Part shown: positions 1-16,705 of the stretch, piece after piece | Position numbering within the stretch: position 1 is the first letter of the stretch | Layout: each line of letters begins with the position of its first letter | DNA from: the human T2T-CHM13v2.0 reference genome, Homo sapiens | DNA length: 64,000 nt | Reading direction: 5' to 3' | NCBI GenBank assembly: GCA_009914755.4 | Contig: CP068257.2 | Location: 40,192,001-40,256,000 of the forward strand | The notes under the pieces: model-generated | The model's input: only the letters and a program-made list of their open reading frames with translations | Told to the model about the DNA's origin: nothing | Databases searched by the model: none | Position numbers and translations under genes: made by a program

Positions 1-98
<98 letters not shown>

Positions 99-895
99 TC
101 ACACACAACAAAAATCCGTTCATTTTTGCAAAATGGGGAACGCAAGGACCTCCCCAGGATGCGCTCTGTGTTACCACACCAAAGAAGCACGACATTCTTT
201 GGTGAAAGAGGAAACCGAGTTAATTTTGTTCTGGAAAAATTCCAGCGAGAAACAAAAACAAGAAACAGACACAATCATGAAGGCAATGAGAAGGAACTAA
301 GAAACAAATTAATTTCACTGGCTAGAAAAAAATTGAAAAAAGTAAGCACGAAAAAGACGGAAAACAGATGCTTCCTTTTCTATCCATTCCTCTGAAGTGC
401 CCTGCTGTTGGTAAATGAAAATCCCACCACAAAGCTACAAAGAGCAATAAAGGTATTTGCAGTACCAATCGGTAATAAGAGAAAGCATTCTCTTTCATGG
501 AGAGGGATGAAAGGCCAAATAAATGAGGAACTTTTGCAGTCAAGATTACCATCCCCCAAAACAAGAGAGAGAAGTGCAGTATTAGACACAGACTGATCAA
601 ACACTCAGAGGCTTCAAAAGCAAAAGTGACGAAGGCTGAGCAAGACAGAAGGTTCCACTCGAGAAAGTGGGATTGTGGGATTGTCTTCACCTTCCAGACT
701 GAGGGATCCTTGCTCTCCGGCTAGTCAGCAAATGCACAGGGCTGAGCTTTCACCATAAGGGCACTTGGGTAGGCCACCCGTGACCTCCCCAAACTGCAAA
801 CAGCCTACCTAATTGCCACCCGGGCAGGGATATCTCTCTTCAACATGCTAGAATATATGTTGCTACTAACAATGACAAGCATGATTTGTAGGTCA

Positions 896-1321
<426 letters not shown>

Positions 1322-2330
1322 TTAGTCGGTCACGTCAGGCAGCGGCCAGGGCAGCCCCAGCACTGCCCTGGACACACTCTCCAATCAGTGGGGACGCTTG
1401 TGGGCCACCGAGCTGCCACAAGAAACAGTGACCACAGCTGGGTCTTGTATTTCTAAGGATCGGGGCAAGTTCCTTTAGTTGCAGATTTAAAAAAAAAATA
1501 CATGCAAGTCATATTTTTAAAAGTTGTATTTTATGCTAAAATGTAAACACTTCTTAGAAACTTAACGTTTTAAGCCACTGGGTATTTCCAAAGGGAAATG
1601 TTTCTGCCCGGGTGAGCTGCTAGAGCAAGGCTGAAAATGCTTTCAAATCAGGGCTCTCTCTTCCCCAGGGCTGAGACGAATCCACCATAAAAAACAATTT
1701 TGAATTAAAACAGATTTGACCACAAAACCTGCAGGGACAGGGAACGAGGGCCCAGCTGCAGTGGTGAGCCCAGTGGGCCCCTCCCCGCACGATTCCCTGC
1801 AAGTGTCCAGGACACTGCTGGGCTGTGACCACATCCTCTGAACCGGGCCGGCTCACCAGGCTCGCTCAGGCTCACAGAGGCCGCGGGGCAGTGGTGGCCG
1901 GTGAGTGGTCACCTGCCACTCCTCTTGGGCTTCCTGTGCCATTCCACACAACCTGATCCTAACCCAGTGGCAGACAGACCCAGCGTGGGCCTACACCGCT
2001 GTCATGGTGGGACGACCCGTCCCCCCCATGCCTGTGACTTGCCAAGGGTAGAAATGGCCTGTGGGTTCTGGGGCTGGGGCTGGAGCCGCCGTACGTCACT
2101 CAGCCGGACCCAGTGCCCTTCATGAAGACTGCACTCTAAAGCGCTGTTTCAGAACGAGAGGCATACATGTGATCTTAGACCACTGAGAGCATGGCACGTT
2201 CTCTTTGAAATAAAAAAAAATTTTGCTAACTGAAAGTTTAGTATTAACTAAAAATTTCTTTAAAAACTAAGTTCATCTAATTGGTATGTTTAAACTTATT
2301 TTGCTTAGAACATTTTAATGATTGTTCTGA

Positions 2331-2629
2331 TTTTTTTTTTTTTTTTTTCAGACACAGTCTCGCTCTGTTGCCTGGGCTGGAGCGCAGTGGCACAATCTCG
2401 GCTCATTGCAACCTCCGCCCCTGGGTTCAAGCAATTCTCCTGCCTCAGCCTCCTGAGTAGCTGGGATTACAGGCGTGCACTACCACATTTGGCTAATTTT
2501 TGTACTTTTAGTAGAGACAGGGTTTTGCCACGTTGGCCAGGCTGGTCTTGAACTCCTGACCTCAAGTGATCTGCCCGCCTTGGCCTCCCAAATTGCTGGG
2601 ATTACAGGCGTGAGCCACCGCGCCCAGCC
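2331..2629 (-). mobile_element. Alu SINE (full length, antisense on + strand)
   Basis: Poly-T head. Contains GAGACAGGGTTT...GGCCAGGCTGG...CTGGGATTACAGGCGTGAGCCACCGCGCCCAGCC. Confidence 0.9.
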
Positions 2630-2740
2630 AATTGTTCTAATTTCTATTTTTTTCTGGAAAACATCTGTTTTCCAAAGTGAGATACACCAGTATTCAACAA
2701 ACTGAGGTCACAGAAACTACAGAAACGAGGAGATGATCTA

Positions 2741-2980
<240 letters not shown>

Positions 2981-4059
2981 CTATGAGGAGCACAGGGCAT
3001 GAGCTGGGGGTCAGGGTGCTGCTGATGCAGGTGGGAACCCAGAAGCCACACACGCCTTGGGACCACCTCCACCACTCCTGCCCTTCCCTCCCAGGCATCC
3101 CCCGCACTTCCCAGTCTCCTCTGTTCAGCTCTGACTTTGAAACTCTGTGTCCAGAAGCCCAGGGCTTATCCTCACCCCTTATTTCATGCTCCCACAATGG
3201 TCTTGCCCCTGTATCATCTCACGTCCACTCCCCCAGTGGGGAGACTATGTCCTCCCTTTTTGGCCCCCCACCAAAGGGGTGAGGTTTCAGTGGCGCTTCT
3301 GTTATTTCCAAGGGAGACCACAGCAAGGTAAAGATACAGTAGAGTAAACTTGTTCTATGAGCAATCACCAAAAATGAGACATTTGTGCCTTACACATCGT
3401 ACTTTTCAGTTGAATCCATACACAAGTGCTTTCATTTGTTGGTTTTGTGATGAAGTGACGCCCTGCCCCTACCTTCCCTCCAATGGCCCCACTGAACGGG
3501 GTCCTCAGCACGCCCCATGTGTCCACAGGGGCCCTCCCACCAGCTCAGTGCGTCCTGCCCAAAAGTGAGTGACCTTCACCGCCCACACCCTGCTTACAGC
3601 AGTTGCGTTTGTTCCTGTGATGACCTAATTAGATCATAAGAAAGACAACGGACAACGAGTACAGAGACAGCCGAACGTGATAAAGGGGAGGGGCTACAAA
3701 ACAAAATTAGCAAGAGTCTGCCTGTAAGGGTGCTTCACCCAAACAGCTTTGCAAACATCTTTAAATTTCTGATCAACTAAAGGAAGTTAAAATGAAAAAG
3801 CAGACTATGCTTTGTGGATGTAACTCATTTAAAAAAGGAGAGAAGTGCATCATTAAATTTACATTCCATGACTAGGTCTGGGCCCCTTCCTGGAAAAGAT
3901 GGCAAACAAAGGCTGGTCTGTAAGTGTTTTAAGTTAACATAAATCCTGCAATGGCTTTGAAGACTCCAGTGTAACTCTCATTGACACTGAGCACAGATCT
4001 ATACTGTGACACTCGCAAAGGACCCTGAGCAAAAGCAACCAGACTGCTGTGGACGCACT

Positions 4060-5470
4060 CTCTACCGTCACCACCATCACCACCATAAGCACCACCACCA
4101 CCATCATCATTACCACCTCTATCATCAGTATCATCACCATCAACACCAACACCACCACCACCAACACAACCACCTCCATCACCAACACCATCACCACCAA
4201 CACAACCACCTCCATCACCATTAACAACACCATCACCACCCCCTCCATCACTATCATTACCCTCATCACCACCAACACTGTCACCACCATCATCAGTACC
4301 ACTACCACCACGTGGCATCACCACCACTGCCATTCCTATCACCACTATCACCACCACCACCACCATCACCACCACCATCACCACCACCACCATCACCACC
4401 ACCATCACCACCACCACCATCACCATCACCACCACCATCACCACCACCACCATCACCACCACCACCATCACCATCACCACCACCATCACCACCACCACCA
4501 TCACTACCACCATCACCACCACCACCATCACCACCACCACCACCATCACCACCACCACCATCACCACCACCACCATCACCACCACCCATCACCATCACCA
4601 CCAGCACCACCCATCACTACCACCACCATCACCACCATCACCATCACCACCACCATCACCACCACCATCACTACCACCAACATCACCACCATCACCATCA
4701 CCATACCACCACCATCACCACCACCACCATCACTACCACCACCACCATCACCACCACCATCACCACCACCACCATCACCACCACCATCACCACCACCACC
4801 ATCACCATCACCACCACCATCACCACCACCACCATCACTACCACCACCACCATCACCACCACCATCACCACCACCACCATCACCATCACCACCACCATCA
4901 CCACCACCACCATCACTACCACCATCACCACCACCACCATCACCACCACCACCACCATCACCACCACCACCATCACCACCACCCATCACCATCACCACCA
5001 GCACCACCCATCACTACCACCACCATCACCACCATCACCATCACCACCACCATCATCACCACCACCCATCACTACCACCAACATCACCACCATCACCATC
5101 ACCATACCACCACCATCACCACCGCCACCACCATCACTACCACTTCCATCACCATTACCACCATCACCGCCTCCTCCATCACTATCATTACCATCATCAC
5201 CACCACGACTGTCACCACCATCACCACTACCACCGCCATCACCATCAGCACCACTACCACCATGTGGCATCACCACTACCATCCCTATCACCACTATCAC
5301 CATCACCACCACCATCTCCACCACCATCATCACCACCATCAACACCACCACCTCCCCCATCACCTCTACCACCACCATCACCAACACCACCATCACCAAC
5401 ACCAGGTCCCCCATCACCACCATCACCTTTACCACCATCTCCACCACTACCTCCACCACCATCACATCAA
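4060..5470. repeat. Imperfect trinucleotide array (CAC/CAT)n on the + strand, about 1.4 kb
   Basis: Continuous caccatcaccaccaccatcacc... on the + strand. This is the source of the poly-His/Thr/Pro artefact ORFs 4049..5500 and 4312..5487. Confidence 0.95.
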
Positions 5471-7532
5471 TATCATCAGTATCCTAGTCACACAGTCTGA
5501 AAGCTGACGCCATCAAAGAACCACCATAGAAGCATTAGCTTCACTCTTCTTAGGATATAAGAAAAAAGTGAAAATTGCTTTCTGTGTTTTGTTTTTAATG
5601 TAACATTCATTCAAAGTAAAGAGAAAAACCATAGCTTGGAGTCATAAAATAGTATCAATCCTAAAAGATTCTGAATCTCTGTAAGTAGTTTATGCCTGTT
5701 TAACTAGTCCAACAGTTAAACTATAACTAGTTTAACTTAACTAGTTAAATTAGTGTGACTCCAACGAACACCTTCTTCCTCCTGAATCTGTGGCATCACC
5801 AACGGGGACAGGCTCGGGGGACCGTTATCCCACTCTCAGACAGCCAGGCCTCACTGCGGTACACACACAGCTACACAAAGCTGACCCGAGTCCCCTTCCT
5901 TCCCCTCACACTGCTGTCTAGGGTCATCTCTTCCATATCCTCTATTCTAGTTTGTAATCACTTTGCCTCTGTCTACTTCTTATTTTTCTGTCTCCTACCC
6001 AGACCGTAAAGTCCAGGAGGGCAGGGATGGACCCTGGCTGGCCGGCCCATCACATCACTGGTAGGCATTTGTTTGAGTTAATGTAGAGGGAAACAACTGT
6101 GAGATGATCAAAAGGAATGACACAAAGAGAGCACAGGATAAAAGGCTGGAGAAACAAATTGGTTCGAGAACAAAGACGGACAAAATCCCCCCGCACCACC
6201 TTCCCTGGGTCTGGAAGGCTTTCCTCTTGAGTCACTTGGTTCTGTCCGGGTTGGGCTTGAGGGGAGTGGGGATGGGCAACACACAGCCCAGTTGAAGGAG
6301 CAGAGCACAGAAGGCGAACTTGCAGTTGGGCCACCTTAGGAAGTGGTTTAATCCTGGTGAGAGGACTCTGCCTGACAGTGTTTGTGGGAGATGTCTTTAT
6401 CAGTAAGGCCTCTCCACCCAGCTATGTATATCAAAACTCCGGTGTACAAAAGTGATGTGCACCGTCTTTATCAATACGCGGAAGTCTAGAAACCCACACG
6501 TCATGGAGAGGAACCGCTCAAACGCCAGCCTTGCTCACGGGCTGCTGGGTGGGCTGCAGGGCCTGCCCTGCCCCTGGGGTGCCAAGGTGGTCCTGGCGCT
6601 TCGGGTTCCTACTCCCCCGACTCTGTTTTCTAGGTAAAAACACCAGCTGGCCACTACATGAGAAGGGAAGCAATGGAGCTCAGTTAGAGGGATCCAAGCT
6701 CCCCGCTGAGTGGGGCACAGGGCAGAGTATGCAGCCACGGTCCCCTGGCTTCCCGGACTGGAGAGCAGGTTGAGTCCCTGCATCTCCCTGGGAGCCTGAT
6801 CGGGCTGCAGAGGAACAGCAACACGGCGACGTCCCGGGTCACCCCCAAACTAGGGAGCCACCAGACTGACACCTGAGGCAGACGGTGCTTTCCCAATTCC
6901 AAAAGGAAGTCACTTTCATTACAGGACATTGGAAAATGGAGAAAAATGTGAAGACAAGAAATTACCCATCACTTCAAGAACAAGAGAGAAATCACTGTGG
7001 GATGTTTTGCTCCCTTCTTTACCTACCTCATTTATATAAGTGAGTATTATATATACACACAATGTATGTGACGTGTATTGTGTATACACACATTATATAT
7101 GTGCACAACGTATACTGCTCTTTCACGTACGTAATGAGCATTTCACAATTTCAGATCCGTGTAAGCATGTGTGTCAGGCAAACACACTGCTAAACTATCA
7201 CTAATTGAATCACGTTCTTATTGTAGGGTTGGAATAGGGGTTGGAATAACCATTTATTAAACACTCGAGAAATGCTGTGATGCTGCCTTCAAGAAAAACA
7301 TCCAACGGTGAGAGCGGCAACTCGTGCCAGCCGGCCAGTGTGGTCACTCTGAATCTAAAACCCCCCGCCCCCGCAAGAGGCGAAGGATGCCATCCTCCGC
7401 CGCTACCGTTTGCTTTTCTGGGATGCGCGGTGAGCTGAACGCCTTTCCGTGTGTTTTTCACCACGGCTGTTCTTCCCGCATGAGCTCCCTCTCCGTGTAC
7501 ACCCTGAGTGCGCTTCGCGTGTTTCTCAGTGA

Positions 7533-7898
<366 letters not shown>

Positions 7899-8356
7899 CA
7901 GATTTTTCATTTTTCCTTTGGCCTGTATTTGTTCTGAGTGCTTATGGAGTCAAACCTGTGTTCACAACTCCTTTTGCTGCTTTTACGCTTAGAGAGTCTA
8001 CTCTTTTCTGTGACCTGACAACTAAGTTTTCCTCTGGTTTTGTCTTTCAGGGTGCTCCTTCTTAAAGCACATTTAATTACGGAACATCCTGGCCCTTCCT
8101 GTGGAGCAGGCTTTCAGAGCAGTTGGGCTCTGCCTGCGTCTGTACAACTTCCCCCTCCCCATCCTCGGTGTCATACTTTACTTGGCCCCAACACCACGTG
8201 GAGCCCCCATTTTGCACATTAGTTCCATGAGTGGGAAGAATGGGGGGAGTGGCAGGGCTGTGCTTCCATCTTGCCATAATTTCAGGGAGGACGTAATTTA
8301 TAACCTTAGCAAAGGTCCGCCTGAGGCTCTCCTAACCTCTCGCAGCCACTCACTCA

Positions 8357-8701
<345 letters not shown>

Positions 8702-9061
8702 TCACACACACGCAGACACACATGCGCGTGGAAAGGAAGAGACACGCAGGTCACTAGTGCAGCCATCCCAATGACCCTGGCCTGCTGGACGAGGCAAGAA
8801 GCCTGTCACGCCCCGCCCATCCTGAGAGGGCCGGTGCTGGTCCCCGAGCACACATGAGCACAGAGCCTCTGTCCCTTGGGGAGCACTGCCAGCAGCAGCT
8901 GCATCACGGAACCAATATGAGAAAATTCAAGAAGGGATACTTGAAAGCTGTGGCGGGTTGACCTTCAGAGGCCAAGGGGCCACCATGAAGCCAAGACAAC
9001 ACTAAATGTGCTGGAACCGTCTAGATAATAGAATAGTCGTTTCCACCCCAGCAGGCACTCA

Positions 9062-9259
<198 letters not shown>

Positions 9260-9718
9260 TCAGGGCATGTCTTCTCCCTGACGCGTTCCAGGCACTGTAG
9301 GGCCTTCAGGAGAAGGTGAATTGCAAGAAGACAGCAGACAATGAACGCTCATCCCCAGCCTCGGCCAGCAAAGTGTGGCTTGGAAAGTTTATGCTTCCAT
9401 AGTGACATTTCATATCAAAAAAACATGAGATGTGGGAAAGGCTGTCTGAAAACACAGACAGAAAGTGGAACCCACATGTGGACAAGCAGAAAAACGATAG
9501 GAATTTCTTTAAAGCATTAATGTATCCACACCTCCCTTAGTCCAGGAAGCTCTTAGACAGCACATGTGATATTACAATGAGAGAGGAAATGGTAACTGAA
9601 ATCAGGACCAATGGCAAGGAGGACACAGACGAGCCAAGCGTAAAAGACAACAGAACTGCCGTGCTCGGACAAAATGAGTGTGATTCTTCAAAACTTGACT
9701 AATTCAAATGAGAGCTGA

Positions 9719-10330
<612 letters not shown>

Positions 10331-12039
10331 TTGACTTTTTAAAATATTTGATAAGTACTCAGTCAGTCCTGGCTCATGGATTGGCCTCACGGGAGCCAGA
10401 AGCGGATGCTTTAATAGACCAACACCAGAGGTGGCAATTGCTCCCGCACGGCCACTCGTGCCCACGGATTCTAAGACTCCACCTTCCAAGGGAGGGGCCT
10501 TAACCCCCCAGAGCCTCCCAGAGTAGGGAGGGTCCCTCCCCAGGTCCAGGGACAAGACCAGGAAGTGTCACTGTTTTGTTGCTTATTTTAAGGACACTTT
10601 TGATTGACATCAAACTCATAGACAGAAAAACACAAATTGTAAGTGAGTGCGGGCTCAACAAATTTCCACAAAGTGAATGAACAAAATAACCAGTTCCCTG
10701 ATTACTAGGGAAAAAGAACCAGCATAGCCATCATCGTGACATTCCCAGGATCAGGAGGTGCACGGTAGGTGGCCTTGTGGTGGAAACAGGTTTAATTAGA
10801 GCCCGGGGGGAGGCGTACAGATAATCCTGTTAAAATCTGTTATTTTATGTATGAGGAGGCTGAATCTCCCAGGACAGTCTGTGGAACTTGAGAGGGTGAA
10901 GACGAAAAGGCCGGCCCTTAGCGACTCTGATTGAGAGAGTCTGGGAAAGAAAACCCAAGCCTGGTCTTTAGACAAAGCCTCTCAGATGATTCAGGACATC
11001 CAAGAGCAAGCATCCCCAACAGACGGCCACGTGAGGAAAGTTGAGAGGACATTCCTCAGAAGCTAAAGGACCCCAAAATGCTTAGAGAAATAAGACAAGC
11101 TGTGGGCCACTGCCCTGAGGAACGGCCACCGCCTTGGGAACAGCCACTGCCCTAGGGAACGGCCACTGTGGGGGATGATCGCCAGGGGAGAACTGGGGAG
11201 TGTGTTTGTTTCACCAGCCCAGACACCTTGCTCTGACGGCTGTCAGCGCCCCACCAGGCGGCACAGGACCCATGTTCCCCGGAGCGAAGGGAAACGTGTG
11301 GCACGTAATTATGTATGTGGTCCACAGAGAGGGAGACAGGGAGGAGGCCAAAGGGGGACCAGCTTCCTCCTGGTGCAAGTGCTCACATCAGCTCACGTCT
11401 GGGGGGCTCTGGGGGGTCAGGGGCAAGCAAGAATAGAGTCCACGGTCTGTTTCACCCCAAAAACTGATGGGGAGGTGGACCCTATGAATGCCCTTTAAAC
11501 AAAGGTTGCCCCTCAAAATGGGAACAAGACAAGTAATTTTTAAAGGCACTTAACTCAGTCCTGAGGGCTCACTGTGGAGCATGGGACAGAGGCCACCACA
11601 GCCCAGCGAGTTGGTGGGCGGCAGGCAGAGTGTGGGGTGTTCTGAGAACCCAGATGAGGGCATGTGGCCCAGTCTTGGGGAGCAAGAGTATCCCAAAAAT
11701 GGTAAAGCATATACTGGACAGAGATTCCCCAGGAAAGAGATGGACAGTACACTTCTGCAGTCCAGGGGCAGAGGAGGCTGGCACGCCCGGCCAACCCAAA
11801 GCAGACCCGTGTGGCAACCCGCGCCACTCTGGGGAGCAGGGGAGGAAGGTAGGCAGGTGACGTGGGCTGGATAAAGGCAGGACCCAACGTGCAGTTGAGG
11901 GGCCCCCAGGGGGCACTGAACAGGCTCACGCCAGGGAACTTCACGCTGAGACACAACTCCACCACTCAGGGACAACCTCTCAATTCTGATGTCTCAATTT
12001 TCTCTCCACAAGCACAAAAACACTCGCCCATACAGAAGG

Positions 12040-13560
12040 GTTTTATGAGAATGGCCTTGTATTGGCATTGCGCAGGGTGCTTTAGTGTTTTATAACAATG
12101 CTTTGTGTTAGTGATTGCGCAGGGTGCTCTAGTGTTTTCTAAGATCTTGGCCTTGTGTTAGTGATTGCGCAGGCTGCTCTAGAGTTTTATGAGAACGCCT
12201 TGTGTTAGTGATTGCGCAGGGTGCTCTAGTGTTTTATGAGAATGCCTTGTGTTAGTGATTGTGCAGGGTGCTCTAGTGTTTTATAAGATCTTGGCCTTGT
12301 GTTAGTGATTGCGCAGGGTGCTCTAGTGTTTTATGAGAACGACTTGTGTTAGTGATTGCGCAGGGTGCTCTAGTGTTTTATGAGAATGCCTCGTGTTAGT
12401 GATTGCGCAGGGTGCTCTAGTGTGTTATGAGAATGCCTCGTGTTAGTGATTGCGCAGGGTGCTCTAGTGTGTTATGAGAATGCCTCGTGTTAGTGATTGC
12501 GCAGGGTGCTCTAGTGTTTTATGAGAATGCCTCGTGTTAGTGATTGCGCAGGGTGCTCTAGTGTTTTATGAGAATGCCTCGTGTTAGTGATTGCGCAGGG
12601 TGCCCTAGTGTTTTATGAGAATGCCTCGTGTTACTGATTGCGCAGGGTGCTCTAGTGTTTTATGAGAATGCCTCGTGTTAGTGATTGCGCAGGGTGCTCT
12701 AGTGTGTTATGAGAATGCCTCGTGTTAGTGATTGCGCAGGGTGCTCTAGTGTTTTGAGAATGCCTTGTGTTAGTGATTGCACAGGGTGCTCTAGTGTTTT
12801 ATGAGAACGACTTGTGTTAGTGATTGCGCAGGGTGCTCTAGTGTGTTATGAGAATGCCTCGTGTTAGTGATTGCGCAGGGTGCTCTAGTGTTTTATGAGA
12901 ACGACTTGTGTTAGTGATTGCGCAGCGTGCTCTAGTGTTTTATGAGAATGCCTCGTGTTACTGATTGCGCAGGGTGCTCTAGTGTTTTATGAGAATGCCT
13001 TGTGTTAGTGATTGCGCAGGGTGCTCTAGTGTTTTATGAGAATGCCTTGTGTTAGTGATTGCGCAGGGTGCTCTAGTGTTTTATGAGAACGACTTGTGTT
13101 AGTGATTGCGCAGGGTGCTCTAGTGTTTTATGAGAATGCCTCATGTTAGTGATTGCGCAGCGTGCTCTAGTGTTTTATGAGAATGGCTGTGTGTTAGTGA
13201 TTGCGCAGGGTGCTCTAGTGTTTTATGAGAATGCCTTGTGTTAGTGATTGCGCAGGGTGCTCTAGTGTTTTATAAGATCTTGGCCTTGTGTTAGTGATTG
13301 CGCAGGGTGCTCTAGTGTTTTATGAGAACGACTTGTGTTAGTGATTGCGCAGGGTGCTCTAGTGTTTTATGAGAATGCCTCGTGTTAGTGATTGCGCAGG
13401 GTGCTCTAGTGTTTTCTAAGATCTTGGCCTTGTGTTAGAGATGGCGCAGGCTGCTGTAGTGTTTTATAAGAATGTCTTGTGTTAGAGATGGCGCAGGCTG
13501 CTCTAGTGTTTTCTAAGATCTTGGCCTTGTGTTAGAGATGGCACAGGCTGCTCTTTGACC
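12040..13560. repeat. Minisatellite/VNTR, ~47-bp unit (TGTTAGTGATTGCGCAGGGTGCTCTAGTGTTTTATGAGAATGCCTYG) x ~30, with 53-55 bp variant units
   Basis: Direct visual periodicity across roughly 1.5 kb. Confidence 0.95.
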
Positions 13561-14019
13561 TGTCGCGTCACCGACTCCTTTCTATGCACATCAGCGTAGT
13601 ACACACATCACCCGAGCGGACACCTTGCTCTTTTCTGGATTCACCATGGCTTAGCCAGTGCCCTACCGAGGCCACGTCTGACCTTCCAGCGCCTTCCCTA
13701 ACTCAAAAGATGACAAGCAACCTTGCATGCACATCCCTGGCCCTTGTCTGGTCGCTATTTCTTGTGCACATTCCTGAGGGGGAAACAGCTGAACGGGAGG
13801 AACATTTAAAGACTGACCAGTCTCCCAATGCCGGAAGTGAGCTGTGCAGCATGCTCTCCGGTGACGAGGCCCCTGTGGGAGGGGGACCTTTTGAGATATG
13901 CAGCTGCTCACCCCGGCCCCAGGAAGCTCTCTTGGGGAACCCGGCACTCAGTGGGAATCACAAAGAGGAATCGTCTCAAGGCGGCTCTCTCTTCTCCCAC
14001 GGCCCACCTGGCTTCCCTA

Positions 14020-14412
<393 letters not shown>

Positions 14413-16591
14413 TCACTCCTGCCAGGGCCTGGCCGAGCCCTGACCACGCGAGCAACGCCGGGGCGGTGGGTAAACTTCCCTGCGTGCCCATGGCAACCCG
14501 GCGGGAGAATTCGGTGAGAGATAGATTAATACAAGCATGACTAAAGGTTCCCTTCAACCTTGACAATATGAGTGGTGATTGGGATTCGGACGCGAGATGG
14601 TTTCAATCTACCTGTAATTTAAGAAGCCAATCTTAAGAAGCTGAAATACTCCAAAGCCTCACTCACACAGCCAGTGGAGAGAGGGTGGCCCTGGCATAGG
14701 GGCTGAGTCAGAGGTTGTGGTGCGCTGGCAGGGACAGCACTGTACAAGGCCCTCCGCAGGGGGCACAGGCATGTGCGGCTTGGTACACCTGACCGTGAGG
14801 CTGACACGCACCAGGGAACAGGGCGACCCAGCCCAAAGGCAGCCTCCCCAGCCCCGAAGAGGCGCCTTCACTGTGCCTGCCCAGGGCGGTGGGCAGCCTG
14901 CACTCCCAGGCCACCGTGTTCCCTCCACATTTGGGGAAGAACTACTGAGCCTGAACACAGCTCTGTAGTAAGCTGGTCAACGGTTCCCCTGTGATTCCAC
15001 CCTCACCAGATGCAGGGGTGACCATCCACCAGCTCCTGCCAGAATTCTAAAGGCCGGGCCAGAAGACCTCCCTGGCTACGAGAAAACTGCGCGGCTGGGC
15101 CAGCAGGGGGAGCAAAGGCCCCACGATGAAGCCCGCTGCCTGCACACACAGCTGCACAACTCCTGGCCTCGGGTGGGGACGGCACCTGCAGGCCTATTAC
15201 CAATGACCGAAGAGTGATTCCACCTGAAAAAGTTACTGTCAATCTTTTTGATTAAAAAAAAAAAAAGAGTGCCGGTCACTGCTGACACGCCCAGACCCCA
15301 GCACTTCCCTCTTCCTGCTTCTAAAATGAACATATTCCAAATTTCAAAACTAATACACAGTCACAGAAAACCCAGAAAATACAGAAGAGATGGCATCTCC
15401 ACATTCTGACCTCCCCACCACAGCCAGCATTGGTGACAGTAATGTTTTTTCTTCCATTTAACAAAGAAAATCTGCCAACAGTTTCAAAATAAACACAACT
15501 GCCAGACAGAGGAAATTTTAAAGCTTGCTCTACTGGGATTGTGAGTCAATCCATTTACAAATTACCGTGGGGAAAACTGATGTTTTTTAAATACTTATAA
15601 TTTCTAATCCCGAACAGGGGATGCCTTTTTTATAGCTTTCAATACCTGGTGTCATATTCTTACTGGCCACAGTAAGTTCTTGTAGATCATTCCTGAGTAG
15701 TTCAAGGCCCATGATGTGATTCTGAACAAGACGTTTTCCTCCACACACACAGAAAACCTACTGGCTGGGCCCCTGCCTCCACCTGCTGGTGACAGGCTCT
15801 CACGACTACTAACAGCCTCCCACTTGGTCCCTGACACTGACTAAGTCCCTGGTCAGGGCTAGAATTTCTGGAAAAAAATGTAAAGTAATAATATGCAACA
15901 GTGTTTCTTGCAACACTGTAATAATAAATGACTATAACAAAACAACCAGAAACTTTATAAAATAAAGGGTCTGGTTATATGAATCGTACGAAGGGCTTGA
16001 AAGATAAAACCAGGCAATATTTACATGTTCCGATATAAAAAGATCTCCAAGACGTATTTTCAAGTAAAAAAAAAATAGCAAAGTATCAAAAAAACAAATG
16101 AGCACAAGCATGCGCTGGTATGTACTAGCAACTGTTGCGTGATAGCACGATGACAATACTGGAATTTGGTATTCTGTAAAATAAATCTGGCAACTGATGT
16201 ATTAATGCCAGCATTTTATTTCAGCTATTCAGAATTCATTTTAAAAAACGATGCAACTAAATAATTAATACATTTCAAACACTAAAATGTCTACAACATT
16301 ATAAAATGTGGCTTTACCCCACACCCCTTGCCTCCCAGGGCATCTGGTGGCATTTGGGGACCTGCAGGGGACCCAGGTGTGGCTCCTCTCTGCCTGCCTA
16401 AGAGGCCCGGCCCTGAATAAGCCCCCACCCCTGCCCCTCCTGTCTCTACGCGCTACTCAGGACCCCTCCAGCCAGGCTCACCACACTGTCTTAAACATTT
16501 TACTTCTTGGGGGCATTGGGGAGGAAAGGGGAGGAGCAGGTGGTGAAAGGGGCTGGGAGCTTAAGGCAGACGCGGATAAAGAGCAAGCCAG

Positions 16592-16705
16592 CCTGTCCCG
16601 CTAAGGCAGGCAGACACTGCTACCGACATTCTGTTCAGAGAAACCACCTGTCCCGCTAAGGCAGGCAGACATTGCTACTGACATTCCGTTCAGAGAAACC
16701 ACCGC
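16592..16705. repeat. Direct 57-bp duplication (CCTGTCCCGCTAAGGCAGGCAGACAYTGCTACYGACATTCYGTTCAGAGAAACCACC x2)
   Basis: Two near-identical adjacent copies. Confidence 0.8.

Noticed and set aside
4049-5500. 483-aa and 391-aa ORFs (+) rich in His/Thr/Pro/Ser, and Gly/Asp/Val/Met ORFs on the - strand
   Set aside because: Pure translation of the (CAC/CAT)n trinucleotide array. All frames are open, with no start or stop context, no domain and no splice signals. They are repeat artefacts.
12040-13560. Regular repeat array superficially resembling a CRISPR repeat-spacer array
   Set aside because: Units are contiguous near-identical 47-55 bp copies with no unique spacers. The host is a primate nuclear genome (Alu-rich). 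It is a minisatellite, not CRISPR.
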